From positions 229,057 through 293,056 of the forward strand of contig JBAZUU010000001.1 of NCBI GenBank assembly GCA_041661275.1: DNA of 64,000 bases, given 5' to 3'. The translations under genes and the position numbers were made by a program. Below are positions 1 through 10,759 of this stretch, piece by piece. A model generated the notes under the pieces. That model was given only the letters and a program-made list of their open reading frames with translations, did no database searches and was not told where the DNA came from. Each line of letters starts with the position of its first letter. Position 1 is the first letter of the stretch. Source of the stretch: Parcubacteria group bacterium. GTDB lineage: Bacteria > Patescibacteriota > Minisyncoccia > Moranbacterales > UBA2206.

Positions 1-257
1 ATCCAATCAAGCGAATTTTCATCAGTTGCATGTTCTGTCGCTTCCAGGATATCCCGAATGTATATTCTAAAAATCTCCCTCCCTTCATCTGATACTTTTC
101 CAGTACAGAGATATTCATTGACATTCTCCCTGTTTATCTCGTGCATCAAATGAAGACTGAGAAGCAATCCCTTTTGTGCTGAAGAAAGAATTTTCCATAG
201 TCTGGCTACATTTGGGTATTCTTCTTTAACTGGCTTAATATTCATTTCGCTCTCCAT
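1..257 (-). CDS. hypothetical protein, 5' part (runs off window)
   Basis: Hand translation MESEMNIKPVKEEYPNVARLWK... is open to the window edge; alternative ATG at 245 has GGAG upstream. Confidence 0.55.
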   Translation of the reverse strand, partial: MESEMNIKPVKEEYPNVARLWKILSSAQKGLLLSLHLMHEINRENVNEYLCTGKVSDEGREIFRIYIRDILEATEHATDENSLDW

Positions 258-372
258 AATTTTCAAATATATATTTTAAAGAACTTCCCATCCTCTGAAA
301 CCACTTCACTTTGAAATGATTTCGGAAATGGAGCCCAGCGATATGCGGTGGCATATGCTGGGCGGAAGAGGG

Positions 373-876
373 TTATTTTCGTGTCAGTTTGTACACTGAC
401 ACATACTTATCATAGTTGAAGATGTCAAAGTGGTACCGATATGTCTTACCACGACTGATTGAACAAGTTTTGAATTCAAACTGGTTCGTGTTTGTCAGTC
501 CTGCATCGTTCAGAAGGGGCTCGACTATTTCTTTGCTCCAAAACTGATCCGAAGTGGCAGCTATTGCTTTTACTTCTACTTCGATCCCTGCAGCAAGAAA
601 CTTTTCTTCAACTTCATCAGAGAAGAAGCATTGGGAGTGTGTCACTATATTAGGCAAACTACCCTCGCCTATTATGGCTACATAATCCATGTGACCCAGT
701 TCTTTGTAGGCAGTGATCATTGCTTCCACGCCTCTGTCGAAGTTTTCTTGCGGATTATCGTACCTATTTGCTGCTGCTTTCCTTATTTCATACATCCATT
801 CACTATGAGGTACTGTTCCATTCAAGACAACGGGGTCATTTACGACTCCAAGTACCATTTTTTTGGATTTTTCCAT
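373..876 (-). CDS. hypothetical protein
   Basis: 167-aa ORF with AGGAG SD; no recognisable motif. Confidence 0.65.
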   Translation of the reverse strand: MEKSKKMVLGVVNDPVVLNGTVPHSEWMYEIRKAAANRYDNPQENFDRGVEAMITAYKELGHMDYVAIIGEGSLPNIVTHSQCFFSDEVEEKFLAAGIEVEVKAIAATSDQFWSKEIVEPLLNDAGLTNTNQFEFKTCSISRGKTYRYHFDIFNYDKYVSVYKLTRK

Positions 877-1065
877 TTTTTTCTCCTCTATTTAGCAATG
901 GTAATTTAATAAACCCTCTATTCTCAACGAACTGTGTTACGAGTTCTGTCTTTTCGGCTTCTCACCGTAACAGCCTAGTATACCATTTTTTTGACCATTA
1001 GTCCATAGTTAATGACAATAGGCAAGTATAACCAAGAAGGACATAGTCTATATTTGGCTTATATA

Positions 1066-1094
1066 TTGCATTATCTAGCGATATATGCTACAAT
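1066..1094 (+). promoter_or_regulatory. sigma70-type promoter for TrmB-like gene
   Basis: TTGCAT-17bp-TACAAT with extended TG. Confidence 0.45.
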
Positions 1095-1146
1095 AATAGT
1101 GTCGTCATATTTGATGACAGCAATGTATAAATTGCAAAAAACCACC

Positions 1147-1176
1147 CGTAGAGACGCATTGCAATGCGTCTCTACG
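1147..1176. repeat. GTAG-type REP palindrome
   Basis: CGTAGAGACGCATTGCAATGCGTCTCTACG, a perfect palindrome. Confidence 0.85.
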
Positions 1177-1194
1177 TCGCGGGAAACATAATAT

Positions 1195-1920
1195 ATGCAC
1201 ATAGACGAACTAAAAAAGGCTGGTTTAAGCGAAAATGAGGCCAAGGTGTATCTGGCGGCTTTGGAGCTGGGCGAAACCAGTGTGTATAGGCTAGCCAAGA
1301 AATCAGGGGTCAAAAGGACAACCACCTATCTGGCAGTAGAGAATTTGAAGGAAAAAGGGCTGATGAGCAGTTATGAAAGCAATAATGTGGCGGTGGTTTA
1401 TGCCGAAAACCCCAAAAAACTGGTAGAATCCATGGAAAACAAGAAAAGAGATCTGGAAAGAATACTTCCGGAACTTTTGGCTTTTAATAATTTGATCGAT
1501 AAAAAACCGAAAATAAAATATTTTGAGGGGAAAGAATCGTATAAAGAAGTTTTTAGCGATGTTTTGAAATATCCTGACAGCGAAATGTTGGGCACGTTCA
1601 ATGAAAAATTTTGGGATTGGGAAGGATATTTTACCAGTTATTTCATGCCAAAAAGAAAAGAAAAAAAAATTTGGGCAAGAGTTTTGTTTAAGGATAATCC
1701 TGAACTGAAAAGTATTGCCGAGAGTGGAAATGTTACCTTTTCCCAAATTAAAATGGTGCCATCAGAGAAATTTAATATTGAAATAGAAATGGTGGTTTAT
1801 GGAAAGAATAAAGTGGGAATGGTTTCCTATGACGAAGAAATGGCTATCATTATTGAAAGCCAGAAAATCCATGATACCCAGAAGAGCTTTTTTGAAGTAA
1901 TGTGGGATATGCTACAATAG
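1195..1920 (+). CDS. TrmB-family transcriptional regulator
   Basis: N-terminal wHTH GLSENEAKVYLAALELG...RTTTY, followed by KPKIKYFEG and a C-terminal sensor-like domain. Confidence 0.85.
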   Translation: MHIDELKKAGLSENEAKVYLAALELGETSVYRLAKKSGVKRTTTYLAVENLKEKGLMSSYESNNVAVVYAENPKKLVESMENKKRDLERILPELLAFNNLIDKKPKIKYFEGKESYKEVFSDVLKYPDSEMLGTFNEKFWDWEGYFTSYFMPKRKEKKIWARVLFKDNPELKSIAESGNVTFSQIKMVPSEKFNIEIEMVVYGKNKVGMVSYDEEMAIIIESQKIHDTQKSFFEVMWDMLQ

Positions 1921-1933
1921 CCAGGTTACCTTG

Positions 1934-1964
1934 CGTAGAGACGAGGCACTGCCTCGTCTCTACG
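1934..1964. repeat. GTAG-type REP palindrome
   Basis: CGTAGAGACGAGGCA-C-TGCCTCGTCTCTACG. Confidence 0.85.
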
Positions 1965-1980
1965 AGAAGGCGAAATATGA

Positions 1981-4221
1981 ATGTCTAAAATCCTAGAAAA
2001 ACTAAATCCTTCCCAGCGCGAGGCGGTGGAGACGATTGATGGGCCGGTGCTTATCATTGCCGGAGCGGGTTCAGGGAAAACGCGGGCGCTCACTCATCGG
2101 GTGGCGTATTTGATTTGTGACAAAAATGTCAGTCCAAGGCGAATTTTGGCGGTGACATTCACAAACAAAGCTGCTCAAGAGATGAAGGAACGGATTGCAG
2201 AATTATTAGGTACTGATGACAACGATGGGAGTTCGACTCCCATTATGGGAGTCGAACTCCCAAGGAAAGAGATGCCGTTGGTGGGCACTTTTCATTCAAT
2301 CTGTGTGAGAATTTTGCGGCGGGAAATTGAGAAAGTGGGATATAAAAAATCATTTTCAATTCTCGATGCGCAGGATCAATTGGCACTTATGAAAAGGACG
2401 ATGAAGGAAATGCAAATTGATACCGATCAATTTAAACCACAAGCCATTTTGGGAGCAATTTCCAAAGCTAAAAACGAATTGATAGATGAAGCGGTTTTTG
2501 AAGAAGGCATCGGCGGATATTGGGAAGACGCAGTGTCGAAAGTTTATAAAACATATCAAAAAAAACTAAAAGACCAAAACGCTTTGGATTTTGACGATCT
2601 CATTATGCAAACAGTCAAAATTTTCAAGACATACCCAGAAATTTTGGCCAAATATCAGGAATTTTGGCGGTACATCATGGTGGATGAATATCAGGATACT
2701 AATCACGCGCAATATACTTTGGTAAAGCTGTTGTCTCAAAAGTATAAAAACATATGGGTTTGCGGTGATGACTGGCAAGGAATTTATATGTTTAGAGGCG
2801 CAGACATTCAAAACATACTCGACTTTGAAAAAGACTATTCAGACGCCAAAGTGATAAAACTAGAACAAAATTATCGTTCTACACAAAACATTCTGGACGC
2901 GGCTTACGGTGTTATTTCTAAAAACATTAATCGAAAAGATAAAAAAATATGGACCGACCAAGCGGGCGGGCATCTCATTACTTCATATGAAGCGGAAGAT
3001 GAAAGGGATGAGTCTGGTTTTATCGCCGAAGAAATCCGGAGAATAAGAAAAAAAGAAAACTATTCATTTTCCGATTTTGTGATTTTATATAGAACCAATG
3101 CTCAATCACGAACCATTGAAGAAGCGATGCTCAAAAATTCCCTGCCCTATCGAATTATTGGGGGCTTAAAATTCTATCAAAGAAAAGAAATAAAAGACGT
3201 CATTGCCTACCTTCGGCTTATTGAAAATTTTTATGACGAAGTTTCTTTGGAGCGCGTTATAAATGTTCCCAAAAAAGATATCGGCGAGATAACCTTGAAT
3301 AAATGGATAAAATTAGCCAGAGAAAATAATGTTAATCCGATAGGGTTTGGAGCTGGTAATTTAAAGATAGAGCCCTCTCCTGTCGCGAAGACGCGACATC
3401 CTCTCCCAGAGGGAGAGGAGGAAAGTAATGTGTTTTTAATTCCTTCCTCTAAAAAAGATAAAATTGCCAAGTTTTGTGAGTTTATAAAGAGGATGAATGA
3501 TGTAAAAAATAATATTCCACTGACTGATTTTATCCAAAAAGTCTTCATTGAATCCGGCTATGAAAAATTTTTGCTCGATGGAACGGAAGAAGGTGAAATG
3601 AGAAATGAGAACGTGCGCGAACTTTTGACGGTGGCTAAAAAATATGATGAATACGAAAGCGATGAAGGTTTGAAATTATTTTTGGAAGAAGTGGCACTTG
3701 TTTCTGATACGGACAATATCGATCAAAATAAAGACGCGGTGCATCTGATGACTTTGCACTCAGCCAAAGGACTGGAATTTAAGGTAGTTTTCATTGCCGG
3801 CCTCGAAGAGGGACTTCTGCCACATTCTCGAAGCATGATAGACGGTCGGGAGATGGAAGAGGAAAGAAGGTTGATGTACGTAGGAATAACTCGCGCCAAA
3901 GTCAAAGTATATTTATTATTTACCAGAGAAAGAAACATCTTTGGCTCAACGCAAGTCAATGCTCCGTCAAGATTTCTTGACGATATTCCGGAACACCTGC
4001 TCGAAGACTCAAATCCCAAATCTCAAATCCCAAATTCCAAACAAATCACAAATCCAAAATCACAAATTCAAAATTCTTTTCGAGATGGTGACAAAGTCAG
4101 TCATGAAATTTTTGGTGAGGGAAGAATAATCGCGACGCAAGGAGATATAATAACTGTGGCGTTTAAAAAAGCAGGATTGAAAAAACTAGCAGCGTCGATA
4201 GCGCCGTTAAGAAAAATTTAG
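1981..4221 (+). CDS. pcrA: ATP-dependent DNA helicase PcrA/UvrD
   Basis: AGAGSGKT, VDEYQDTN, LEQNYRST, TLHSAKGLEF and EERRLMYVGITRA motifs. Confidence 0.95.
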   Translation: MSKILEKLNPSQREAVETIDGPVLIIAGAGSGKTRALTHRVAYLICDKNVSPRRILAVTFTNKAAQEMKERIAELLGTDDNDGSSTPIMGVELPRKEMPLVGTFHSICVRILRREIEKVGYKKSFSILDAQDQLALMKRTMKEMQIDTDQFKPQAILGAISKAKNELIDEAVFEEGIGGYWEDAVSKVYKTYQKKLKDQNALDFDDLIMQTVKIFKTYPEILAKYQEFWRYIMVDEYQDTNHAQYTLVKLLSQKYKNIWVCGDDWQGIYMFRGADIQNILDFEKDYSDAKVIKLEQNYRSTQNILDAAYGVISKNINRKDKKIWTDQAGGHLITSYEAEDERDESGFIAEEIRRIRKKENYSFSDFVILYRTNAQSRTIEEAMLKNSLPYRIIGGLKFYQRKEIKDVIAYLRLIENFYDEVSLERVINVPKKDIGEITLNKWIKLARENNVNPIGFGAGNLKIEPSPVAKTRHPLPEGEEESNVFLIPSSKKDKIAKFCEFIKRMNDVKNNIPLTDFIQKVFIESGYEKFLLDGTEEGEMRNENVRELLTVAKKYDEYESDEGLKLFLEEVALVSDTDNIDQNKDAVHLMTLHSAKGLEFKVVFIAGLEEGLLPHSRSMIDGREMEEERRLMYVGITRAKVKVYLLFTRERNIFGSTQVNAPSRFLDDIPEHLLEDSNPKSQIPNSKQITNPKSQIQNSFRDGDKVSHEIFGEGRIIATQGDIITVAFKKAGLKKLAASIAPLRKI

Positions 4222-4341
4222 AATTTGAAATTTGAAATGAATTTTAAATGATTAAATTTAAAATTAAGACATTCAGAAATTTAAAATTGATTAAAAATTA
4301 AAAATTCTAAATTAAAAATTGAATAAGATAGTCTTAATAAA

Positions 4342-4375
4342 ACAAAAAAACCCAGGATTACTCCGGGCTTTTTTT
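4342..4375. terminator. bidirectional intrinsic terminator
   Basis: A-tract, CCCAGGA/TCCGGG hairpin and T-tract between convergent genes. Confidence 0.55.
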
Positions 4376-4385
4376 ACAATAAAAT

Positions 4386-5639
4386 CTAGTATACAAATCC
4401 CTTAACCGCTCTACTTCCTATCGGTATGGTTCTAGTGGATCTCTTGGCGAAGCCTGCATAGTTCATTTCGGATATAGTGAACGAAGATCCGCTGACTGAT
4501 TCTACGATAGCCACGTGTCCCCACCAGGATTCAGAAGAAACCATAATAGCTCCCGGTCTCGGAGTTTTCCCCGTGGAATATCCAGCCGCTTTGGCGTGAT
4601 AGAGCCATGTACCAGCATTTCCGCCCCAAGGAACGTAACGACGAGAGGCTACATACCAAGTGCAGTATCCGTATGGGAAGCTGTGGCCAGCGCCTGCTTT
4701 TCCGGAAAGCACTGATTTTCCGGCGGTGAATGAATCATATTGACGTGGAGCAATACCAATGGAAGAGCCACTGGAAGTAGAAGGAGTGGTAGCTTGTGGA
4801 ACTTCTTTCTGACCATCTGGAATAGTTATTTCTTCGCCCTCCTTTAGCTCTCCATTAGCCGGAAGTCCGTTAAAAGCAATAATTTTATCCTTGTCGGCTT
4901 TATATTCATTACTGACACTATCGATAGTATCACCCTTCTTTACGGTATATGTTAATCCGGAAACAGGGAGAATGAATATCTTATCTCCGGGCATAATGTC
5001 GTCAACATTATCCATTTCGTTTGCCCAGAGAATTGTGTTTACGCTAATCTTGTGGCTAGCGGCAATAGCGCTGACTGTATCGCCAGGCTGAACTTCATAG
5101 ATAACAACTCCGCCATCTTCTTCCGGGTCTTTTCGCACAGGACTCATTCCGGCGATAAGTGATTGTCCTTGAAGCATAAGCGGGCTTTCTTCTTCATCTT
5201 TTGATTCGGGATCGGGAGAGGTGCTGGCTTCAGCCAAAGGCGCCAAGGCTACATTAGTCTTTTTAGCGGATTTCAGAAACATTTTATCTTTTAGCGGATT
5301 ATCATAGTTTTCTTCTTGTCCAAAATAGCCAAATAAAAACCCGCTAGACTCACGGCCTGCGGTGAAATTGGTAGCGGAAACCAAAAGAGCGCAGGAAGCA
5401 ACAACGATAAACGCGCTGTAATTCCGGAATAGGTGCAGAACCTTGATGGTTCGCCGCTCTTTTATGAAACGCACTAATGCTTTTTGTATGATGTGAACCC
5501 GGGCAGCCAGGTTTTTGAGATTTTCGCGTCCTAATAAACTGATGGATAGAGTTTCGAGTAGTTTACTAATAACGATAAACCTTTCTTGTGTTTTGGGCTT
5601 TGGAATTGGCTGAAACCAGCTGTTTCCTTTGACCCTCAC
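4386..5639 (-). CDS. LysM x2 + CHAP peptidoglycan hydrolase (start uncertain)
   Basis: Two LysM repeats (YEVQPGDT, YTVKKGDT); CHAP YGYCTWYV...WGHVAIVE...SEMN. Confidence 0.9.
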   Translation of the reverse strand: MRVKGNSWFQPIPKPKTQERFIVISKLLETLSISLLGRENLKNLAARVHIIQKALVRFIKERRTIKVLHLFRNYSAFIVVASCALLVSATNFTAGRESSGFLFGYFGQEENYDNPLKDKMFLKSAKKTNVALAPLAEASTSPDPESKDEEESPLMLQGQSLIAGMSPVRKDPEEDGGVVIYEVQPGDTVSAIAASHKISVNTILWANEMDNVDDIMPGDKIFILPVSGLTYTVKKGDTIDSVSNEYKADKDKIIAFNGLPANGELKEGEEITIPDGQKEVPQATTPSTSSGSSIGIAPRQYDSFTAGKSVLSGKAGAGHSFPYGYCTWYVASRRYVPWGGNAGTWLYHAKAAGYSTGKTPRPGAIMVSSESWWGHVAIVESVSGSSFTISEMNYAGFAKRSTRTIPIGSRAVKGFVY

Positions 5640-5660
5640 CCTAATTCTTACGTGCTTTCC

Positions 5661-5689
5661 AGTATAGCCGAAACGGCTTTTTTTGTCAA
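5661..5689 (-). promoter_or_regulatory. sigma70 promoter for LysM-CHAP gene
   Basis: TTGACA-17bp-TATACT on the minus strand. Confidence 0.65.
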
Positions 5690-5734
5690 AACGGATTATT
5701 GTCGCTATAATGATAAGTGTCGCAAAACGAAGTT

Positions 5735-6679
5735 ATGAATATCCAAAGCCTAAAAACCCAATTCCTGGAATATCTAGAAATTGAACGCTCGCGGTCGCCA
5801 AAGACCATCGAAAATTATAGCCACTATCTGGATGTCTTTTTGAATTGGGCTCATATCAATGATCCAAAAGAGATAAATGATGATCTGGTGAGAAATTTTC
5901 GCATCCATCTCAACCGCTTGGAGGACAAAAAGGGCAAGCGGCTTCAAAAGGTGACTCAGGGGTATTATGTCATTGCTCTACGCTCATTTTTGAAATATCT
6001 GGCCAAGCGTGATATCAAGACATTGCAAGCGGAAAAAGTGGAAATTGGTAAAACACCAGATCGAGAAGTGGAGTTCCTGGAAGAAGATGAGGTGGAGAGG
6101 CTTTTGGGTGCGGCGAAGGGATCTGATTTCAAATCGCTTCGCGACCGGGCAATTCTCGAGATGCTATTTTCCGCTGGACTGCGTGTTTCGGAGCTGACTG
6201 GTATCAATCGGGATAAATTAAACTTGAAATCAGGCGAGCTGTCTGTTCGTGGAAAAGGCGATAAAATCAGGGTGGTTTTTATTTCCGATACGGCCAAAGA
6301 TGCTTTGAAATCATATTTAGAAAAAAGAACAGATATTGACCCGGCACTTTTTGTGCGGGATGCCAAGGCGCAAGAAAAATTCGAATCAAAAAACAAAAAA
6401 AATAAAAAAGATAATGATAATCTTCGTCTCACCCCCCGTTCCATCCAAAGAATCGTAAAACATTATGCGGTCAAAGCCGGTATTGTCAAAAATGTCCACC
6501 CGCACACGTTACGTCATTCTTTCGCGACTGATTTGTTAATTAACGGAGCGGATATAAGAAGCGTTCAGGCCATGCTCGGCCATTCTTCGATCACCACAAC
6601 GCAGGTCTATACTCACATAACAAACCAACAACTTCGCGAAGTGCACAAAGCCTTTCATGCGAGGAGGAGGAAGAAATAA
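5735..6679 (+). CDS. tyrosine recombinase XerC/XerD family
   Basis: GLRVSEL, RGKGDK, HTLRHSFAT, LGH and TQVY catalytic residues. Confidence 0.92.
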   Translation: MNIQSLKTQFLEYLEIERSRSPKTIENYSHYLDVFLNWAHINDPKEINDDLVRNFRIHLNRLEDKKGKRLQKVTQGYYVIALRSFLKYLAKRDIKTLQAEKVEIGKTPDREVEFLEEDEVERLLGAAKGSDFKSLRDRAILEMLFSAGLRVSELTGINRDKLNLKSGELSVRGKGDKIRVVFISDTAKDALKSYLEKRTDIDPALFVRDAKAQEKFESKNKKNKKDNDNLRLTPRSIQRIVKHYAVKAGIVKNVHPHTLRHSFATDLLINGADIRSVQAMLGHSSITTTQVYTHITNQQLREVHKAFHARRRKK

Positions 6680-6722
6680 AAATATAAACAAATAAAATAC
6701 CTTGCAAGGTATTTTTATATTG

Positions 6723-6795
6723 TGGGACTGGCTGGATTTGAACCAGCGACCAAACGATTATGAGTCGTCCGCTCTGACCACTGAGCTACAGTCCC
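6723..6795 (-). tRNA. tRNA-Ile2(CAT) (Met not fully excluded)
   Basis: Cloverleaf GGGACTG...CAGTCCC-A; anticodon arm GACGA-CTCATAA-TCGTT resembles Ile2 tRNAs; tilS nearby. Confidence 0.85.
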
Positions 6796-6814
6796 GTATT
6801 TAGTTTATAATTCG

Positions 6815-6888
6815 TGGGTCTGTGCAGACTCGAACTGCAGACCTCGTCGATGTCAACGACGCGCTCTAACCAACTGAGCTACAGACCC
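6815..6888 (-). tRNA. tRNA-Val(GAC)
   Basis: Cloverleaf, anticodon loop TTGACAT. Confidence 0.93.
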
Positions 6889-6991
6889 GCATCAATATAA
6901 TCTTATTTTAATTTGTCGCTCTAGTCAATGAAACATAAAACATGAAACATAAAACTGCCAAAACAATCAGGCAGTTTTATTTTGTGAAAAT

Positions 6992-7957
6992 TTACTTTTC
7001 AATTTCAGCTGTTTTCACAGGATCTACTGTGGGAAGAATTTCTTTTTCCACTTCCTCGATCGGTTCTTCTATTTTTTCTTCCACTATTGGTGTGGCTATT
7101 TCGTGGAAAAAGAGAAGCCAGGCGGTTTGGTGGAAAACTTGAAAAACGGATTGAATAAGAAGAATAATAATACATATGGCCAATCCTATGATGACAGTAA
7201 CGGCGATGCCGATTTTTCCTAAAAAGGCGAAAGCGACAGCCAGTACTGCCAGTGGAGCGATAAGAATCATCATAGCTATCATCAAAATAATTCCCACCGG
7301 GATGAAAAGAATTCCCATAATCAAACTTGTGGCCAGGTTTTTTCTAAAAAGTTCATAGGATGTTTCGATGGCGTTCCAGGACGATAGTTTTCCGGAAACA
7401 ATGTAGATTTCTCCGTAAGTCTTGATATACGTGACCAGAATTACTATGGGGATAAAAATGAGAACGGCAAAAATAGCCAGCATCACTCCAAGAATATATG
7501 ATTTGGCTATGAAAAGGAAAATTACCGGTGTAGCAAGAATTACGATGGAAGCTATCATTAAGAGACATAATATTATGCCAAGAAGAAATATTTTCCAAAA
7601 GTATTTTTTCCCTTCTCGCATTCCGGAACGAAATTCAAAAGGTTTGTTTTTTAACACCTTTTCGATAGATTCAATAATTCCTCCCCGGGCGATGATGGAT
7701 AAAACTACAAACATCAGAAATATGACAGTAAGTATTATCGCTCCAGTAATGACCAGCCCTAAATGATCAGAGATAAACTGTGTAGCTCGTTCACTACTAT
7801 TTTTGTTTTTCTCATCAAAAGCATAATTCATATTACCCATTCCTCCGCCAAGCGCCAGTAACAACCCAAACCACCAAAGAGCTCGGTTTTTCCAAGTGAT
7901 GTCGAATGCTTTTTTGAAGATATCGATATAGGCGATATCTTGTAATTTTTTATTCAT
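6992..7957 (-). CDS. multi-pass membrane protein
   Basis: Several hydrophobic segments; overlaps ftsH stop. Confidence 0.8.
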   Translation of the reverse strand: MNKKLQDIAYIDIFKKAFDITWKNRALWWFGLLLALGGGMGNMNYAFDEKNKNSSERATQFISDHLGLVITGAIILTVIFLMFVVLSIIARGGIIESIEKVLKNKPFEFRSGMREGKKYFWKIFLLGIILCLLMIASIVILATPVIFLFIAKSYILGVMLAIFAVLIFIPIVILVTYIKTYGEIYIVSGKLSSWNAIETSYELFRKNLATSLIMGILFIPVGIILMIAMMILIAPLAVLAVAFAFLGKIGIAVTVIIGLAICIIILLIQSVFQVFHQTAWLLFFHEIATPIVEEKIEEPIEEVEKEILPTVDPVKTAEIEK

Positions 7958-9788
7958 CTTTTTTTATTTCTTTTTTAATTCCGGCTATCTCATTGAATTC
8001 TTCTTGTTCTATTGTTTCTTTTTCCAAAAGAACAGAAGACAATTTGTCGAGTGTTTCCTTCTTCTCTTTTAATATTTTTTCTGTCACGTTGTAGGCGTCA
8101 CTAATGAATTTAGAAACCTGGTCGTCAATTTCTTCCGCCATTTTGTCGGAATAGTTTTTTTCTTCGTGGATTTCTTTGCCCAGGAAAATCATTTCTTCCT
8201 TATGGCCGAAAGTGCGCGGCCCCAGATCACTCATGCCATATCGAGTGACCAAGTTTCTCGCAATCTTAGTTGCTCGATCGAGATCGTTTGACGCACCGGT
8301 AGTGATATCACCAAAAGTCATTTTTTCACTGGCATATCCTCCAAGGAGAACGGACAATTCATCAATGAAATATCCCCGGCTAAGAAGAGTCTTGTCTTTT
8401 TCCGGGGCACTAAAAGTATATCCGCCAGCGTGTCCACGGGAGATGATAGAAATTTTTTGTACCGGATCAGCGTGTGGAAGGCTGGCGGCAACAAGCGCGT
8501 GTCCCGCTTCGTGGTAGGCGATAATTTTTTTCTCGTCCTCTTCTATTCTTCGGCTCTTTCGTTCTGGTCCGAGGATTACTTTTTCAATTGATTCAGTCAT
8601 CTCAAAGAGTCCAATCTCTTTTTTGTTGCGTCTGGCGGCCAGAATCGCCGCTTCATTCAAAAGATTGGAAAGATCAGCGCCGGAAAAACCGGGAGTGCGC
8701 CGGGCAATGACGCGAATATCTGTTCCTTTTTCCACCGGCTTATTTTTGGAGTGAATTTTCAAGATTTCTACGCGTTCGTCAATGTCAGGAAGATCCATAA
8801 CCACTCTTCGGTCAAATCGGCCTGGGCGAAGAAGAGCTGGATCAAGAACGTCAGGCCTATTGGTAGCAGCAATGACAATAACATTAGTGAAAGTGTCAAA
8901 ACCGTCCATTTCAACCAGGATTTGGTTTAGAGTTTGTTCTCGTTCATCATGCCCCCCACCCAATCCCGCTCCACGATGACGGCCGACCGCATCAATTTCA
9001 TCGATAAAAACAATGGAAGGAGCATTCTTTTTAGCTTGTTTGAAAAGATCGCGGACGCGCGAAGCTCCCACTCCCACAAACATTTCCACAAATTCTGATC
9101 CGGAGATGTTGAAAAATGGGACATTGGCTTCCCCAGCCACGGCTTTGGAAATCAGTGTTTTTCCGGTTCCTGGAGGACCAAGAAGGAGAACGCCTTTGGG
9201 AATTTTAGCGCCGAGAGCCAAAAATTTCTTAGGATTTCGCAGAAATTCTACTATTTCATAGAGTTCTTCTTTGGATTCTTTGGCACCGGCCACGTCAGCA
9301 AAAGTTATTCTTTTCTTCTTGTCCTTGGGGTCAGTCATGCGCGCGCGGGAAAGTCCGAAAGAAAGCGCTTGTGTGTTTCCACGTTGCGCTTGTCGGAGCA
9401 TAAACCATATGAAAACGGAAATAAGAATAAAAGGAAGTAAAAACGGTAAAATTATTCCCGCCCAAGCTCCCGCAGAAGACTCGCCCTTAACATCCAAATT
9501 AACGGATTGTAATTTCTGTGTATCCACACCATAGTTTTTCAAAGATTCAGTGAGACCCGTTTCTTTTTCCTTAGTAGCTTTTTCAGATTTTCCGTCATTG
9601 AGCTCAACAGCCAACTCATTATTGTCTACGGTAATTTTTTTGACCTGACCGTCGTTTACCTGATTGGCTAGTTGAGTAAGAGAGATTTGTTCTGGTTTTT
9701 GTTGCGGGGCGCTATAGAGAACAAGTATTCCGGATATGAACAAAAATACCAAGAGCACAATGCCGATATTTTTAAATAATTTATTCAT
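7950..9788 (-). CDS. ftsH: ATP-dependent zinc metalloprotease FtsH
   Basis: Two TM helices, [17 protein letters not shown]. Confidence 0.97.
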   Translation of the reverse strand: MNKLFKNIGIVLLVFLFISGILVLYSAPQQKPEQISLTQLANQVNDGQVKKITVDNNELAVELNDGKSEKATKEKETGLTESLKNYGVDTQKLQSVNLDVKGESSAGAWAGIILPFLLPFILISVFIWFMLRQAQRGNTQALSFGLSRARMTDPKDKKKRITFADVAGAKESKEELYEIVEFLRNPKKFLALGAKIPKGVLLLGPPGTGKTLISKAVAGEANVPFFNISGSEFVEMFVGVGASRVRDLFKQAKKNAPSIVFIDEIDAVGRHRGAGLGGGHDEREQTLNQILVEMDGFDTFTNVIVIAATNRPDVLDPALLRPGRFDRRVVMDLPDIDERVEILKIHSKNKPVEKGTDIRVIARRTPGFSGADLSNLLNEAAILAARRNKKEIGLFEMTESIEKVILGPERKSRRIEEDEKKIIAYHEAGHALVAASLPHADPVQKISIISRGHAGGYTFSAPEKDKTLLSRGYFIDELSVLLGGYASEKMTFGDITTGASNDLDRATKIARNLVTRYGMSDLGPRTFGHKEEMIFLGKEIHEEKNYSDKMAEEIDDQVSKFISDAYNVTEKILKEKKETLDKLSSVLLEKETIEQEEFNEIAGIKKEIKKDE

Positions 9789-9808
9789 AATTATTATATT
9801 TTACAAAG

Positions 9809-10759
9809 TTATTTGATTAGTTCTATTTTCAGTTTATCACCTTGTCTTGTTACTTTCAATCCTTTGAATAATACAACCTGGCGCTTATTCTTATTACTAG
9901 CGATGATCTTGATCAGTTCTTTTATATGCGCCGACTCAATATCCTTGAGACCAGATTTTTTATCGGAAATTGCCCGTAAAATCACTCTTTTTTGGATAGC
10001 GGGCGGAAGATCAAGGATTTTTTTGACGCTTAACTCTTTATTCTTGGCATATGCCCTATCCGAGACTTGTGAAATATATTCCAGATCCTCGGCGATAGTT
10101 TCAATGGAAGAAAAAATAGTCTTTTTGATCTGCGGATTGAAATTTTTTTCAAGATATGGAATGAGTTTGTTTCTGATCTTGTTCCTTAGATATTTTGATT
10201 CGAGGTTGGTTTTGTCAATTCTGTATTTTAATTTATTCTCTTTTAAATATTTTTCGATTTCAGCTCGGGGAATATTTAGGAGCGGTCGGATAACTTTCTC
10301 ATTTTTATACTGCATAGCAGAGAGTCCCTGAAGTCCCGCGCCGCGGATAATTCTCATGAGATATGTTTCTACCTGATCGTCCTGATTATGAGCAACAGCG
10401 ATAAGATCAAAATTATTTTCAGATCGAACTTTTTCAAAAAAATCATAGCGGATGTCACGCAGTTCTTTTTCAGAAGGAGTTTTCCTAAAACCCGGTTTTA
10501 GGATTTTTATTTTCAAGCCGTATTTTTTTGCCAAATCGCGGACGAATTTTTCATCCTTGTCGCTGTCTTTTCCGCGCAGGCCATAATTTACATGAGCAAT
10601 GATCAGCTCAAGGTCGTATTTTTTTTGTAATTTACTAAAAATATCCAAGATACAAGTTGAGTCTGGTCCGCCGGAAACTGCTAGAATAATTTTTGACCCA
10701 CGCTCAAAGATTTTATGTTGAAAGATAGTGTTCTGAACTTTTTTAACTAGACTTTTCAT
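9809..10759 (-). CDS. tilS: tRNA(Ile)-lysidine synthetase
   Basis: SGGPDS PP-loop, AHNQDDQVET, IRPLL, RNKIR; start at MKSLVKK. Confidence 0.93.
   Translation of the reverse strand: MKSLVKKVQNTIFQHKIFERGSKIILAVSGGPDSTCILDIFSKLQKKYDLELIIAHVNYGLRGKDSDKDEKFVRDLAKKYGLKIKILKPGFRKTPSEKELRDIRYDFFEKVRSENNFDLIAVAHNQDDQVETYLMRIIRGAGLQGLSAMQYKNEKVIRPLLNIPRAEIEKYLKENKLKYRIDKTNLESKYLRNKIRNKLIPYLEKNFNPQIKKTIFSSIETIAEDLEYISQVSDRAYAKNKELSVKKILDLPPAIQKRVILRAISDKKSGLKDIESAHIKELIKIIASNKNKRQVVLFKGLKVTRQGDKLKIELIK

Noticed and set aside
5735-6888. Tyrosine recombinase next to tRNAs as a prophage or island integrase
   Set aside because: Looks like housekeeping XerC/D; flanked by core genes, with no duplicated tRNA 3' end (att) or phage genes
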